NCBI GenBank assembly: GCA_017468085.1
Contig: JAFUJR010000029.1
Span: 3,371 to 67,370 of the forward strand
Reading direction: 5' to 3'
Length of the DNA stretch: 64,000 nt
Origin: Clostridia bacterium
Lineage (GTDB): Bacteria; Bacillota; Clostridia; Christensenellales; Borkfalkiaceae
Shown: piece after piece, positions 9,998 through 20,379 of the stretch
Numbering within the stretch: position 1 is the first letter of the stretch
How the letters are laid out: the number at the start of each line of letters is the position of its first letter
Program-made: the position numbers and the translations under genes
Notes under the pieces: model-generated
Database searches by the model: none
What the model saw: only the letters and a program-made list of their open reading frames with translations
Told to the model about the DNA's origin: nothing

Positions 9998-10612
9998 TCA
10001 ATAATTATCCGACCAATGGCATTCGTTCCATTGTGCCGTTAAACGGATATCCTCAGTGTCAATTTCCCATATGCCTTGCGCGTCAACCTTTTCCCCTGCA
10101 TACGTCCAATACTCAAATATATGCTCGCTGTGTATAGGCGCAGGCAACGTATAGGCTTGCCCATAGGTAACGGTAATGCTTTCTTGGGTAATGACGCCGC
10201 CGTTTGAATACAACGTAACGGTATACGTTTTCGCCGTTTGAATAGCGTTTACCGTAATATCTTCCGCAAGGTTGGAAAAATCCGTTCTGTCCCAAACGAC
10301 GTAATACCCCACCTTTTCCGTCGGCGTAGGAATATCCGTCAACGATTCGCCTACGGTAACCGTTACCACAATGTCCTCCTCTCCATTTTGACGGAAAATA
10401 ACCGTAATTTCTTCCTTTTCACCATCGGAAGAACTTCCCCCAACGGCGTTGTTTGAAGAATCCGTATCCATTTCGTCCGAAGAATCTGCAGTTATTTCGC
10501 TTGACGAGCCGCCCGACGGACTTCCCTCGTCAGGATTTGTAGGCGTTGCGCACGAAAACGCAGCACCGCACATTATCAACGACATCATTAATATCATAAT
10601 TTTTTTATTCAT
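9998..10612 (-). CDS. Lipoprotein with Listeria-Bacteroides (InlB B-repeat / Flg_new) repeats
   Basis: N-terminus MNKKIMILMMSLIMCGAAFSCATP (lipobox), followed by a Ser/Asp-rich linker. Then come repeat units ending in GYYVVWD and FEYWTYAGEKV...W. Same repeat type as the 678-aa protein at 61596-63632. Confidence 0.7.
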   Translation of the reverse strand: MNKKIMILMMSLIMCGAAFSCATPTNPDEGSPSGGSSSEITADSSDEMDTDSSNNAVGGSSSDGEKEEITVIFRQNGEEDIVVTVTVGESLTDIPTPTEKVGYYVVWDRTDFSNLAEDITVNAIQTAKTYTVTLYSNGGVITQESITVTYGQAYTLPAPIHSEHIFEYWTYAGEKVDAQGIWEIDTEDIRLTAQWNECHWSDNY

Positions 10613-10670
10613 ATTTTCACCATAATATTGTTTGGTTTACCGAAGAAAATCGCCGACAATATTACCCCTT

Positions 10671-12029
10671 TCAATCCATACTCTCGCGAACGTAAACGCA
10701 CGCGTCCGCGTCTACGATTAAAGATACGTCTTCCGCCCCTTCTTCGGGATATATCGTCGAAGAAAGCGCCTTTCCGTTTTCAAATATTTCCACGGAAAAC
10801 TCGTCCAAAACGACGGTAAGTTCCGTTTCTTCGCCGCCACCGAACGGCATACGGCGAATACCTGCAAGGCTGTCCGTATCCCTTTCTTGTCCCGAAATTT
10901 GTTCTCCAACGTTCGCGCGATTAAATACCCATTTTCCGTCTTCCAACGTCAAATAGGCGCATTTCTCGCCCTTTTTTCGAACTTCTAAACGAAGCCCGCG
11001 AAGATTCTTTGCCTGAATACGCAAAATCCCCGTAATCGCTTTATCGCACAAGCTCGATTTAACCTGCTCGCGTTTTACAACTTTACCTTTCGCAATCGGG
11101 GTTTGATACAATTCGCCGTTTATAACCTGCACGTCCCTTGCAATCGTCAACATACCCGCAAACCCGTATTTTTCCGAGGGAACGTTTCTGTCCCACATTT
11201 GCAGCCAAGCCATCATTTCCCCGCCGTGCGCGAACGTTTGCGGCGCGTAAAAATCAAAGCCGTAATCTACGATTCCGCTTTTTTGCGTTTCAAAACAGCC
11301 CGTTTGGTAATTGATTTTACCGCTATGCCAACGGGTGGTATGGATATTCAAATGCGTATCCCCTTCGTTGGGCTGGAATTGCTCGCCGCATAAAAGCAAG
11401 CCTTTTTCCTCTACGTAATCGGGGCACTCTATCATTGCGCCAAGCGAGTCCTTGCCAAATAAGTCGTTCACGAATTCCCACGTAAACAAATCGTCCGAGC
11501 GGTACAATAAAATTCTGCCTCTGCCACCTTTTGCACGCGCCGCAATAACGCACCAGAAGCAATCGTTCTTGCGCCATACTTTTGGATCGCGGAAATCCCA
11601 AGGGCAATACCCTTCGGGAAGATTATCCGCACCGATCACAACGCCGTGTTTTATAAAATGCACGCCGTCCTCACTGCTGGCAAGACATTGTATTTGCCGA
11701 ATACTTTCGCCGCCCTCGTTTTCGGTAAAGCCCGTATATAACAGCCACAATTTATCCTGCCAAACAATCGCACTGCCGGAAAAACAGCCGTTTTTATCCC
11801 CTTCGTCGCCCGGATATAAGGCAATGGGTAAGCGTTCCCAATGCAATAAATCGTCACTGACAACGTGCCCCCAATGCATAGGCCCCCAATGTACGTCGTG
11901 GGGATAATATTGATAAAACGCATGGTAACGGCCTTGAAACACAACCAAACCGTTTGGATCGTTTATCCAGCCCTCGCCGCCTGTAACGTGAAACTTAGGC
12001 CGAAGCACTTTTTCTTTTCTCTCTTCCAT
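10671..12029 (-). CDS. Cytoplasmic GH32 beta-fructofuranosidase (sucrose-6-phosphate hydrolase/invertase type)
   Basis: 452 aa with no signal peptide. GH32 motifs present: WINDPNGLVVFQGRYHAFYQYYP, FRDPKVW and the ECPD block. Confidence 0.9.
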   Translation of the reverse strand: MEERKEKVLRPKFHVTGGEGWINDPNGLVVFQGRYHAFYQYYPHDVHWGPMHWGHVVSDDLLHWERLPIALYPGDEGDKNGCFSGSAIVWQDKLWLLYTGFTENEGGESIRQIQCLASSEDGVHFIKHGVVIGADNLPEGYCPWDFRDPKVWRKNDCFWCVIAARAKGGRGRILLYRSDDLFTWEFVNDLFGKDSLGAMIECPDYVEEKGLLLCGEQFQPNEGDTHLNIHTTRWHSGKINYQTGCFETQKSGIVDYGFDFYAPQTFAHGGEMMAWLQMWDRNVPSEKYGFAGMLTIARDVQVINGELYQTPIAKGKVVKREQVKSSLCDKAITGILRIQAKNLRGLRLEVRKKGEKCAYLTLEDGKWVFNRANVGEQISGQERDTDSLAGIRRMPFGGGEETELTVVLDEFSVEIFENGKALSSTIYPEEGAEDVSLIVDADACVYVRESMD

Positions 12030-12075
12030 GGAACTACCCCTATCGGGGCATTGTAAAAAACAACGCCCCGACGTT

Positions 12076-14574
12076 TTATTTTTTTAAATTCTCTGCAACG
12101 CTCGCCACAGCGGAAATTTCCTCTTCCGTCTGGTAATAGGTGATAAAGCTATCCGCGAAGAATAAGCCCCACTCCGCAACGGCTTCGTCCACGAGACGAA
12201 TATAAACTTTTTTGCCCATATATTCGGTCAAGTCTGCTTTATATTCGACCAAATTCGCTTTGTAGACCCCGTCTTTCGATAAATCAATCGGTTTACCGTT
12301 GTAATAATAAGGTCTTGCGGCTTCGGCAAATTTCGTGTTTCCGTAAACGCACAATACCTCGTCCGTTTCCGCGTCGACGATTTCCACACGGCAAAGCTCC
12401 GTATTTTTACCGCCGCCAAGTTTGAACGTGATAAAGCCGCAACCGCCAACGGTGAAGTCTGAACTCGTCAACGTGCCCGTGGCGATTTCTTCACCCGCCC
12501 AACCGTTAAGGAAATACGTGCCGTCCTTGTTGAAATCGAACCACTCGTTCCACCAAACTTCATTGTGCGAGATTCCTAAAATATTGCCGTTCATTGTCCA
12601 ACCCGTCAAGTCGCCCGTTTCAAAGTCGCCGTTCAATACTTGATATACGTTGTCCTCGCCGAGCGTTGCCTTAGGTAAAATGTTCAACGCTTCGTAAGCA
12701 GACGTAGGCACTGCGCTTTGCGTTGCGTAATAGGTAATAAAGCTGTCCGCCGTCAACAAGCCCCAATTTGCAGTGGCTTTATCCACGAGCTGTAAACGGA
12801 CGTCTTTGCCTAAAAATGCCGAAAGGTCCGCTTTGTAATATACCATATTCGCAAGGTTAGAACCGCGATTGATCAAACTGATGCCCAAATCGTGGAAATA
12901 ACGGTTTGCAAAGCGTGCAAGCTCTTTACCCGTTTCCGCGTCAAGTACCGACAAATAGCACTCGCGAGGGTTCCCGCCGCCACCGAGCAAGTAGGTGATA
13001 TACCCCGACCCGCCAACCGTGAAGACGGAGCTCGTCAAAGTACCCGTTTTTCCTTCGTCGGAAATACCGCTGAATAAATAGTTGCCTTTCTTGTTATAGG
13101 GCAGATTTTCGTTCCACCAACCGCTTGCGCCCGTTACGAGACCGATACGGTCAGCTTCCGTTGTCCAACTCGGCGTCCAACCCGTTAAATCACCCGTTTC
13201 AAACGTGCCGTTTTGCACTTGATAAGGGCTGACGATTTCCACGTCGGAATTGATTTTTGCCTCGTACGATTCACTATCGTACCAAACGGGTTTTTCTTCC
13301 CAATACGTTTGAACGCTGTCCAAAGTCATACAGCCCAATTCGTCTGCGCTTTGGTTTGCGTCAACCGCCTCTATGTACAAGGTTTCCCCTAAATATGCAG
13401 ACAAATCTACGTAATACTGCACCAAATTCAAAAGGCGCATACCGTTAGGCACGTAAGGGAATTGGAAATTCCAATATTTATAGTTGGAAAATCTTGCAAT
13501 TTCTTTACCGCCGTCCTCCGTTTTTAACATAAAACGCAAGTACGTCAAACCGTTGTCCATACAGCCGCCAAGTTTGTAGCTGACGTAGCCAGAGCCGCCG
13601 AGCACGAATTCTGAAGAACGTAAAATACCCGTCGCAGTAGGATCGTAGTGTCCGTAATGATAATTTCCGTCGCGGGAATAGGTAATATTTTCGTTCCACC
13701 AAACGGATTCTGAGTTCACGCCGTCGTTTACGAACGCGCCGCCCTCTACAATCGTCCAGCCCGCCAACGAACCCGTTTCAAAGCCGCCGTTTGCAATTTC
13801 ATATTGACTATCCGCCTCCGCCGACTGCGCATACATGCGGGTCTTCACAAAATCTGCGCCTGTTGGCTGGGCGTCCTCGCCGCCGATACGGATATCGTCT
13901 ACACAGAAATATCCGTAATAATGGCTTTCGTCGTTATCCACGATACGCAAATACAACTCCTCGCCAATATATTCGGATAAATCGATGGCGTACTCATAGA
14001 AATTGTCCGTGTTGTACACACCCGACGAATATTTTGCAGGATTGACGTAAGATTCAACGTGTTCTAAGAAATAATCGTTTTCTTGCATCGCAATCAAGCA
14101 ATCGTCTTTTGCACGATAAACACCGAAGAAACAGCGTTTTTCCGCCGCCTTTTTTTGCGCTTGTTCCCCTTTTCCAACCGTCAGCGCGCCGCCTGCAAGC
14201 TTTACGTTGATACTGCCGTCGCCGCCGAGCGTGAAGTTAGTAGAACGGATTGCGCCTATACGCGCGTCGGAATATTTTCCGTCGAACGCCTTACCGCAAA
14301 GATACCAATTTCCCGTTTGATTGACGGATAAAGCGTTTTGCTTTTCGTCTTCAGGGAAAACGAAAGTCTTTACCGAGGAAACGCAATCATCGTCAAACGC
14401 GTTGCCGTATTCCACCGTCCAACCGCTGAGGTCGGCGCTTTCAAAACCGCCGTTGATAATGGTACTATGAGCATTCGTGCCGGAAGGGATTTCCTCCGAC
14501 TCGCCACAGCCGAGCGCCGCGCCAAAGGATACAACCGTCAAAACGCTTAATACAGTTATCGCTATTTTTTTCAT
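12076..14574 (-). CDS. Secreted lipoprotein made of four tandem ~190-220-aa beta-sandwich/CBM-like modules (putative fructan-binding surface protein)
   Basis: The ORF track starts at TTG 14589. ATG 14574 is preferred (GGAGGG 6 nt upstream), giving MKKIAITVLSVLTVVSFGAALGCG (lipobox). Module starts NGGFE/NGTFE/NGDFE fall at track residues 46, 267, 460 and 653. Each module has GWT, WWNE, GTLTSSxFTVGGSGYITYxLGGG and a WGLxxxD ending. Confidence 0.7.
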   Translation of the reverse strand: MKKIAITVLSVLTVVSFGAALGCGESEEIPSGTNAHSTIINGGFESADLSGWTVEYGNAFDDDCVSSVKTFVFPEDEKQNALSVNQTGNWYLCGKAFDGKYSDARIGAIRSTNFTLGGDGSINVKLAGGALTVGKGEQAQKKAAEKRCFFGVYRAKDDCLIAMQENDYFLEHVESYVNPAKYSSGVYNTDNFYEYAIDLSEYIGEELYLRIVDNDESHYYGYFCVDDIRIGGEDAQPTGADFVKTRMYAQSAEADSQYEIANGGFETGSLAGWTIVEGGAFVNDGVNSESVWWNENITYSRDGNYHYGHYDPTATGILRSSEFVLGGSGYVSYKLGGCMDNGLTYLRFMLKTEDGGKEIARFSNYKYWNFQFPYVPNGMRLLNLVQYYVDLSAYLGETLYIEAVDANQSADELGCMTLDSVQTYWEEKPVWYDSESYEAKINSDVEIVSPYQVQNGTFETGDLTGWTPSWTTEADRIGLVTGASGWWNENLPYNKKGNYLFSGISDEGKTGTLTSSVFTVGGSGYITYLLGGGGNPRECYLSVLDAETGKELARFANRYFHDLGISLINRGSNLANMVYYKADLSAFLGKDVRLQLVDKATANWGLLTADSFITYYATQSAVPTSAYEALNILPKATLGEDNVYQVLNGDFETGDLTGWTMNGNILGISHNEVWWNEWFDFNKDGTYFLNGWAGEEIATGTLTSSDFTVGGCGFITFKLGGGKNTELCRVEIVDAETDEVLCVYGNTKFAEAARPYYYNGKPIDLSKDGVYKANLVEYKADLTEYMGKKVYIRLVDEAVAEWGLFFADSFITYYQTEEEISAVASVAENLKK

Positions 14575-14585
14575 ACCGCCCTCCA

Positions 14586-17102
14586 TCAATATAAGTCGGC
14601 AAGGTTGCCCGTGTTTTCGTAATATGCAGGCGCAACGTTGTCCGTATACGAGCCTTTCATTTTGCGTATGGTCATAGAGGTTACGCTCATCGCCGCCCCC
14701 TCTTCAAACAATCTCAAATAATCGGAATCGCCGTACTTGGGATAAATTCTTGTCGTGAAACTCATGATACCGTTGACGTAAATTTCGAGCATAGACCTAT
14801 CGAGCAAAATCGTTACTTGATACTTACTGGAAACGTTCCCCCACGTATAGCTGGGCTGCTTAGAAACGTAATCGTATAAAGACGACTGCGTTCTGTCCAC
14901 GTACACGCCTTCGTTTCCAAAGACGATCTTGGTGCGCTCCGTGCCGTACAGGGAATTTGAGGGATTATAACGCACGTACAAACCGCAACCGTATGCAGCC
15001 GCCGACGGCGCTACGGAAAATTCCATATCAATGCGAAGCATATCCCCGCGAACGTTGGCAATTTCCTTGTTGATTGCCTCTACGCCGATTCCATTCCCTT
15101 CATACTCGTACAGCGTATCGCCGTAAAGGGATTGGATTTCACGAATAGGCTCGCGGATTATATCTTCGCCGTTATCCGCCAACCACAGTTCTAAAGGAAT
15201 TGCAAAGTTATGCGCCCAACCTGCATAGTAGTTTTGCGCCGTACCTGCGTCCTTGCCCTGCGCAATGGAATAAATAACAGTTCTGCCGTCTTCGTAGCTC
15301 GTTTTGCCCGCCGCGATATCTTCTTCCGTCAAGAAGCAGTAGCCGTTTTGACCCGTGTATACGCCTCTACCCATATCGAACAAACGGGGTTTGGGGTCGT
15401 CGGCAATAAAGCGGCAAGTCGTTTTGTCAAACGTACCGATCCAATAATAACAGTCTACCACGTAACCGTCTACCGTGTACTGCGGGCAGTCGAAGAGAAT
15501 ATATTTCGTCTGCGAACCGTCCTTCGTGCTGATCGGGAGCATGACAACGCACTCCCAATGCGCGCCTTGTTCGGGGTATAAATTGTAATCACACTCAAAA
15601 ACGTAGCCCTTATAGTCCCATTCGCGCATATTCGTGGACGTGTAAATATTTGCAGAGCCGCCACGCCCGGGTACGGACGTGGATACCATCATGTAATAAA
15701 CGCCGTCGTCATACCAAACGAACGGATCGCGGAACTGCTCGCGTTCCCCTTGCGAATCGTCGCTAGGGTGCGTAATAACGAGCTTATCCTCTACAACCCA
15801 ATCGGTCAAATAAGGGTCGTCGGGGTCTGCGGCATGCGCAAACGCTACGTTTTGTCCGCTCCACGTGCTCGTGTTCGTACCTGCGGTAATGGCGAGCCAA
15901 GGCGTGCCGTCAGGACCGATACACGCGCCGCCCGTCCATACCCCTTCGGGACAGATACCTTCCGTCGGTACGACTGCGTCTTTTACCGCTACCCAATGGA
16001 TCATATCGTCGCTGACCAAATGTCCCCAACGGATTTGCGACCAATACGGGCCTGCGGGGTTATGCTGATAAAATACGTGATATTTTCCCTTATAATAGAA
16101 GGGCGAATGCGGCTCGTTCATCCAAACCGCAGGAGGTAAAGCGTGGTATTGAGGGCGGTAACGGTCTCCCGCATACACGGAAGAATCCAAGGCAATTTCG
16201 GAGAAAGCCAAGCCGGGATGCGCGCCGTTGTCGGTATATTGCATGTAATCGTCTTTTACCGCTTTGGGCGACAAAGCGTTTCCGTAAACGCGTACTTCGT
16301 CCAAAAGCCCGGAAATCATTTGTCTTTCGATACCGAATTCCACCATAGGATTTGCGTATCTGCCGATATATAAAGGCTCCTCCGAGGGGATTATCCTCGT
16401 ATTGACAAGCTCGGGAATGAGCGCCTCATAAGCCTTTTCGCCGTTATAAAACAAGCCGATATATCCTGTTTTTCCGTCGAAGCTAACGGCAATATTCGAC
16501 CACTCGTAAAGCGGAAGCGCGTGTAAGGGGTCGTAAAACGCCGCCACGAATTCCTCTTCCGTTTCCACACTGCGAAGCGCGAGTTGCACACCCCACAAGC
16601 CCAATCTGCCATAGCCGAGCAAGAATCCTTCGCCCATTTCGATGTCGCCTTTATTGATAACGCCCGTCAAGCGCGTATTCCCGCTTGCAATCGTATCGCC
16701 GCCGTAATAAAATACGTTTTCAAAGACGCGCGGTGCGACCCAAGCCGACATGGTTATCGCGTCAGTGGGCATTTGAAAGTCTCTGTTTTTGATACAGGTA
16801 GAAAAACCGTCCATATACAGCGCGTTGCCGCCCACGCCCTGTTTTTTAAGGGGGTCGGACGCCGCTTTGAAGAGCTTATCTTGATTTTCCGCATTAAAAA
16901 CATATTCAATTTTATCATCCTTGCCGTTGGCGAGGTTTTTGGCTGTGTTTCCACCCTCCTCGTCAAACGAATACGAAACCAATAAGTCGTTTTTCGGCTC
17001 GTCTGCGGTTTGTTGCGACGCGTTATCGCAACCGCTCGTTATAAAAATCGATACCGCGGAAAGAATAATTGCCGCCGTTTTAAAAAATTGCTTTATTTTC
17101 AT
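14586..17102 (-). CDS. Secreted lipoprotein: LamG-like domain plus GH32 fructan beta-fructosidase (exo-inulinase/levanase type)
   Basis: N-terminus MKIKQFFKTAAIILSAVSIFITSGCDN (lipobox). GH32 motifs WMNEPHSPFYYKGKYHVFYQHNP, FRDPFVW and WECV. The preceding ~300 aa look concanavalin/LamG-like. Its stop overlaps the next ORF. Confidence 0.85.
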   Translation of the reverse strand: MKIKQFFKTAAIILSAVSIFITSGCDNASQQTADEPKNDLLVSYSFDEEGGNTAKNLANGKDDKIEYVFNAENQDKLFKAASDPLKKQGVGGNALYMDGFSTCIKNRDFQMPTDAITMSAWVAPRVFENVFYYGGDTIASGNTRLTGVINKGDIEMGEGFLLGYGRLGLWGVQLALRSVETEEEFVAAFYDPLHALPLYEWSNIAVSFDGKTGYIGLFYNGEKAYEALIPELVNTRIIPSEEPLYIGRYANPMVEFGIERQMISGLLDEVRVYGNALSPKAVKDDYMQYTDNGAHPGLAFSEIALDSSVYAGDRYRPQYHALPPAVWMNEPHSPFYYKGKYHVFYQHNPAGPYWSQIRWGHLVSDDMIHWVAVKDAVVPTEGICPEGVWTGGACIGPDGTPWLAITAGTNTSTWSGQNVAFAHAADPDDPYLTDWVVEDKLVITHPSDDSQGEREQFRDPFVWYDDGVYYMMVSTSVPGRGGSANIYTSTNMREWDYKGYVFECDYNLYPEQGAHWECVVMLPISTKDGSQTKYILFDCPQYTVDGYVVDCYYWIGTFDKTTCRFIADDPKPRLFDMGRGVYTGQNGYCFLTEEDIAAGKTSYEDGRTVIYSIAQGKDAGTAQNYYAGWAHNFAIPLELWLADNGEDIIREPIREIQSLYGDTLYEYEGNGIGVEAINKEIANVRGDMLRIDMEFSVAPSAAAYGCGLYVRYNPSNSLYGTERTKIVFGNEGVYVDRTQSSLYDYVSKQPSYTWGNVSSKYQVTILLDRSMLEIYVNGIMSFTTRIYPKYGDSDYLRLFEEGAAMSVTSMTIRKMKGSYTDNVAPAYYENTGNLADLY

Positions 17103-17113
17103 AATTTAATACC

Positions 17114-18043
17114 TCACATCTTCAATCCTGCCGTGCCAAATCCCTGCATAATATATTTCTGCGCGACGACGTACACGATAAAAATAGGAACACTGGTTAC
17201 GATAAGCGCCGCCATGATCTCGCCCGTGGTGATACCTTGAATGCTTTGAATCGACGTAATCGCCGACTGTATAGGATACAACGGCCAAGCCCCGTTTTCG
17301 GCATAAGGCAATACCATGGTAGGCCATAAATAATCGTTCCACGTGCCGATGAAACAGAAGGTTGCTACCGTCGCCACGATGGGCTTAGATAACGGCAAAA
17401 TTATCGAGAAGAAAATCAAGAGACTGCCCGCGCCGTCGATGCGCGCCGCTTCCTCGTATTCCTTCGGGATACTTTCAAAAAATTGCATGAATAAGAAAAT
17501 GTTAAACACGCTGATTGTGGAGGGCAAAATAACCGCCAACACGGACATGGTACCCTTCAATCGCAATAATATCTTTACGATTGAATATAAGGGAATGATG
17601 GAGGTTTCCACCGGTACGACGATTAAAAACAAAATAACAAACGAGAAAAATCCTTTCCCCGGGAAATCGAATTTTGCCATTACGTATCCCGCCAACCCGT
17701 TTACGATAACGTTCAAAACGATAATGACCGCCGCGTAAATAAAACTGTTGACCGCATACCGCCAAATGCCGTATTCCGTGAAAACTTTCCCGTAATTATC
17801 CGCCGCCGATTTTAAATTTTGAAAATCGGGCAAGAACATCATCAACGTACCCGCGTCCGACGCATAGGAAGATTCACTCTTCGTCGAGGTCGACAACATA
17901 TACACCAACGGGAATAAAAACAGCACCGCCAACAACGTTCCGCAAACGTAATATATCGTAGAAAGAACGATTTTTTTGCCTTTCGTCAATCTTTTCAACT
18001 TCTTCTCGCCTGTTTTAGGACTTTGCATCGCTACGTTTTCCAT
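17114..18043 (-). CDS. Sugar ABC transporter permease (MalG-like)
   Basis: 309 aa polytopic protein with EAA-loop YEEAARIDGAGSLLIFFSIILP. Confidence 0.85.
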   Translation of the reverse strand: MENVAMQSPKTGEKKLKRLTKGKKIVLSTIYYVCGTLLAVLFLFPLVYMLSTSTKSESSYASDAGTLMMFLPDFQNLKSAADNYGKVFTEYGIWRYAVNSFIYAAVIIVLNVIVNGLAGYVMAKFDFPGKGFFSFVILFLIVVPVETSIIPLYSIVKILLRLKGTMSVLAVILPSTISVFNIFLFMQFFESIPKEYEEAARIDGAGSLLIFFSIILPLSKPIVATVATFCFIGTWNDYLWPTMVLPYAENGAWPLYPIQSAITSIQSIQGITTGEIMAALIVTSVPIFIVYVVAQKYIMQGFGTAGLKM

Positions 18044-18044
18044 A

Positions 18045-19022
18045 TCAATCCTTCTCCCTTAACAAGCGTCTTTGTAACAGCGTAATCGAGCCGATAACAA
18101 TCGTCATCAACAGCGCAACCGCGGACGACTGCCCTACCCAACGATAGGTATAACCCTGTTGATACATATAATAACTGAGCGTTAGCGTATGCGATTGATA
18201 GCCCGTCATAAGCATGGGCTGGATCATAACGCGGCACGCGCCGACAAACACCGTAATTAAGATATATAAGAACGTAGAACGAAGCCCCGGGCAGGTAACG
18301 TGTAAAAACTGATCCCACGCAGTTGCGCCGTCCAACGCCGCCGCCTCGTACAATTCCTTGCGGACGTTTGTAAGTCCGGAAAGAAAAATAAGCATTTGAT
18401 AGCCGCAGCCTTGCCACGCACTCATTACGATGATCCATATCATTGCGCCGTCCTTATCGCGCAAAAAATCCTTGGGTTCCTGCCCAAACAGCTTTAATAT
18501 GGAGTTTAACAAACCGACCTCGGAGGGCGACAAAATTTGCAGCCATAAATACGACGTAATCGTCAAAGAAACAACGACGGGTGCAAAATAACAAACTTTA
18601 AATACGCCTACCCCTTTCTTAGTACGGTTTACAAACAGCGCCAAGCCCAACGCCATACCGATTTGTAAAGGCACTACGCCTACCACGAATATGGACGTAT
18701 TCCGTATCGCGTGATACAGCTCTCCTTTATCGCGAATACTCTTTATGATTTCCGTGAAATTACTAAAATCTTTATCAAAACGAATGTCGTCCGGTTTAAG
18801 TAAATAGAAGTCGGTAAACGCATACCCCAAAGAATAGATAATCGGCAATAAAACGAAAATAAATGCAAGAACAACCGCCGGCAAAATCATGCCGTATGCC
18901 ACAAAACAAGTTTTCCTGTTATAGTGTGTTTTCTTTTTCTTTGCAACCAGCAGGTCTTTTGCCGCTACAGCCGCAAACAACAAAAGCAATACGGCCAATA
19001 TCGCAAGTGTAGAACCTAACAT
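18045..19022 (-). CDS. Sugar ABC transporter permease (MalF-like)
   Basis: 325 aa polytopic protein with EAA-loop LYEAAALDGATAWDQFLHVTCP. Only a 1-nt gap to the partner permease. Confidence 0.85.
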   Translation of the reverse strand: MLGSTLAILAVLLLLFAAVAAKDLLVAKKKKTHYNRKTCFVAYGMILPAVVLAFIFVLLPIIYSLGYAFTDFYLLKPDDIRFDKDFSNFTEIIKSIRDKGELYHAIRNTSIFVVGVVPLQIGMALGLALFVNRTKKGVGVFKVCYFAPVVVSLTITSYLWLQILSPSEVGLLNSILKLFGQEPKDFLRDKDGAMIWIIVMSAWQGCGYQMLIFLSGLTNVRKELYEAAALDGATAWDQFLHVTCPGLRSTFLYILITVFVGACRVMIQPMLMTGYQSHTLTLSYYMYQQGYTYRWVGQSSAVALLMTIVIGSITLLQRRLLREKD

Positions 19023-19045
19023 GTCCCCCCTCCGAACAATCAGTA

Positions 19046-20347
19046 TTATATATTCTTTAATCTATCCAATTCACTTTGCAAAGCCATAGCCTTTGCGTTT
19101 AAAACCGCAGCGAGATCCCCATCCTTCATATCGTATATAACTTGTCTGAAATTGTTGGAGAATTGAGGGTAACCTACGGTTGCGGGGCGTTCTATGCCCG
19201 TTTTTTCAAGCTGGGAAAGCAACGTGTATTCAGGCGAGCCAACCGCATAGTTGGTTTCCACCGATTTTCTTGCGGGAATCATACCCGTTGCGTCGGTGAT
19301 CGTCTTGGAGCTTTCCGGCGTAACGAGCCAAAGCAACAATTCTTTGATCTTCGATTTGTCCTTGTGGTGATTGTCCGTAATTGCAAACGACCAACTGCCC
19401 GTCGCGCTTGCGCTTTCCACACCCTTCGGATAGGGTAACAAGCCCCAAGTATCACGGTTGGGGAACTGGTCTGGATATTTATTATCCAAATCGGGAATCG
19501 TCCAACCGGAGGAAAGATACATACCCACTTTACCGTCAAAGAAATCGGTTGCGCCGATTGCATACGAAGTATAGCCTTCCGTCACCAAATCCTTTAAGAA
19601 CTGGAAGCCGCTCTGTGTTTCTGCGCTGTTGAAATACCCCGTCGCCGTAAAACCGTCTTCGGACAGGAATTCGCCGCCAGCCGCGTAGATGAAGGGATAA
19701 AGCAAGTAGGTTGCCGTTTCGTCCTTCGTTGCGTCCAAACGCATATCCACCGCCGTTTTGCCCGCGTCGCGAAGTTTTCTGCAAACGTCTTTAAATTCGT
19801 CGAACGTCCAAGGATTATCCACCGTATAGCCGCTTACGTCAATGTCGGCATCTCTAAATATATTCTTGTTATAGTAGAAGCCCGCGCTCGATTCTTGAAT
19901 GGGCAAACCGTACACCTTGCCGTTGTACTTGTTCAAAGACAAGAAATCGTCTTGCACGTCTTGGGGGACAAGGTTGGAAACGTCGTAAATCAAACCCGAT
20001 TGCGCATAGCTTGCACAGTTGGGCGCGTCGAACGTGATAATATCGGGCAAGCTCCCTTCGTTGTGCATACCGACCAATTTCTGCTCGTAGTCAGCCGCGC
20101 CTGCCGTACGGGCAATATAGGACGCCGAGGCTTTAATTTTTTGGTCTTTATACGCAGCATTGAAGGCGTCGATACGTTTTTTATACGCCTTACCTTCCGC
20201 AGATTTTTCATCAACGTGGAACATAATTTTGACAATCGTATTCCCTTCCGCGTCCGTTGCCGCTTCACTGCTTCCGCCGCACGCCGTCGCAAAAAGCAAC
20301 GTGGACGCCATCAAAATTACGCCTGCTTTCTTCAAAAATTTTTTCAT
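19046..20347 (-). CDS. Sugar ABC transporter substrate-binding lipoprotein
   Basis: 433 aa; MKKFLKKAGVILMASTLLFATACGG lipobox. Family-1 solute-binding size and position ahead of the two permeases. Confidence 0.8.
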   Translation of the reverse strand: MKKFLKKAGVILMASTLLFATACGGSSEAATDAEGNTIVKIMFHVDEKSAEGKAYKKRIDAFNAAYKDQKIKASASYIARTAGAADYEQKLVGMHNEGSLPDIITFDAPNCASYAQSGLIYDVSNLVPQDVQDDFLSLNKYNGKVYGLPIQESSAGFYYNKNIFRDADIDVSGYTVDNPWTFDEFKDVCRKLRDAGKTAVDMRLDATKDETATYLLYPFIYAAGGEFLSEDGFTATGYFNSAETQSGFQFLKDLVTEGYTSYAIGATDFFDGKVGMYLSSGWTIPDLDNKYPDQFPNRDTWGLLPYPKGVESASATGSWSFAITDNHHKDKSKIKELLLWLVTPESSKTITDATGMIPARKSVETNYAVGSPEYTLLSQLEKTGIERPATVGYPQFSNNFRQVIYDMKDGDLAAVLNAKAMALQSELDRLKNI

Positions 20348-20379
20348 TATATTTTCCTCCTTTTACGAGCCCTGTATCT

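Noticed and set aside
12030-12075. 10-bp hairpin GGGGCGTTGT/ACAATGCCCC between the module-repeat gene and the cytoplasmic GH32 as a terminator
   Set aside because: No U-run follows it on the coding strand. It is more likely an mRNA-stabilising or processing hairpin within the operon, so it is not called a terminator.
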